Of a stretch of DNA of 50,000 nt, positions 49,465 through 50,000 are shown in pieces (the first letter of the stretch is position 1; each line of letters begins with the position of its first letter). The stretch spans positions 1-50,000 of the forward strand of contig NW_025214745.1 in assembly GCF_004010195.1 (NCBI RefSeq). The letters are read 5' to 3'. Under the pieces are notes generated by a model. The model had not been told where the DNA came from and made no database searches. It was given only the letters and a program-made list of their open reading frames with translations. Both the position numbers and the translations under genes were made by a program. This DNA is from Chiloscyllium plagiosum. Taxonomy: Eukaryota.

Positions 49465-50000
49465 CCACTACCTCCAAATAGACCCCATCACCAAGGATAT
49501 ATTTCCCTCCCCTCTCCTATCAGCGTTCCGGAAAGACCACTCCCTCTGCGACTCCCTCGTCAGGTCGACACCCCCCACCAACCGAATCTCCACTCCCTGC
49601 ACCTTCCCCTGCAACCGCAAGAAATGCAAAACTTGCGCACACACCTCCCCCTCACTTCCCTCCAAAGCCCCAAAAGATCCTTCCATATCCGTCGCAAATT
49701 CACCTGCACCTCCACACATCATTTGCTGCATCCGCTGCACCCGATGTGGCCTCCTATACATTGGGGAGGCAGGCCGCCTACTTGTGGAACGTTTCAGAGA
49801 ACACGTTTGGGACACCCGCACAAACCAATCAAAGCGACCCGTGGTTGAACACTTTAACTCCCCCTCCCACTTCGCCAAGGACATGCAGGTCCTTAGCCTT
49901 CTCCATCGCCAGACCATGGCAACACGACGCCTGAAGGAAGAGCACCTAATCTTCCACCTCAGAACCCTCCAACCACAAGGGATGAATGCAGATCTCTCCA
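49465..50000 (+). mobile_element. Penelope-like element, Cys-rich linker + GIY-YIG endonuclease (runs off window)
   Basis: FPCNRKKCKTCAH...FTCTSTHIICCIRCTRCGLLYIGEAGRLLVERFREH...VVEHFN. Confidence 0.9.

Overview
Vertebrate genomic DNA, almost certainly from a cartilaginous fish (elasmobranch). This is inferred from HE1/V-SINE-like tRNA-derived SINEs with (AATCT)n tails, abundant CR1 LINE fragments and Penelope-like elements (PLEs). I see no intact protein-coding gene; the short ORFs in the track are repeat or pseudogene fragments. Contents from start to end: a Gypsy gag (SCAN-like) remnant; a GPR139/142-like GPCR pseudogene (minus strand) with a candidate decayed first exon about 6 kb away; two back-to-back inverted PLE structures and PLE-derived palindromes carrying minimal hammerhead ribozyme cores; five SINEs; many CR1 pieces; several degenerate tandem arrays (about 29, 33, 36 and 69 bp units); a compact CCAAT/NRF1/GC-box/CRE promoter upstream of two convergent C2H2 zinc-finger pseudogenes; and, from about 40.6 to 49.5 kb, a decayed gamma/epsilon-like endogenous retrovirus (gag-TAG-pro-pol-env-PPT). 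The retrovirus carries a putative 2H phosphoesterase module (two HxT motifs) between protease and RT. Family names come from recognising motifs by eye, not from database searches, and boundaries of old repeats are approximate.
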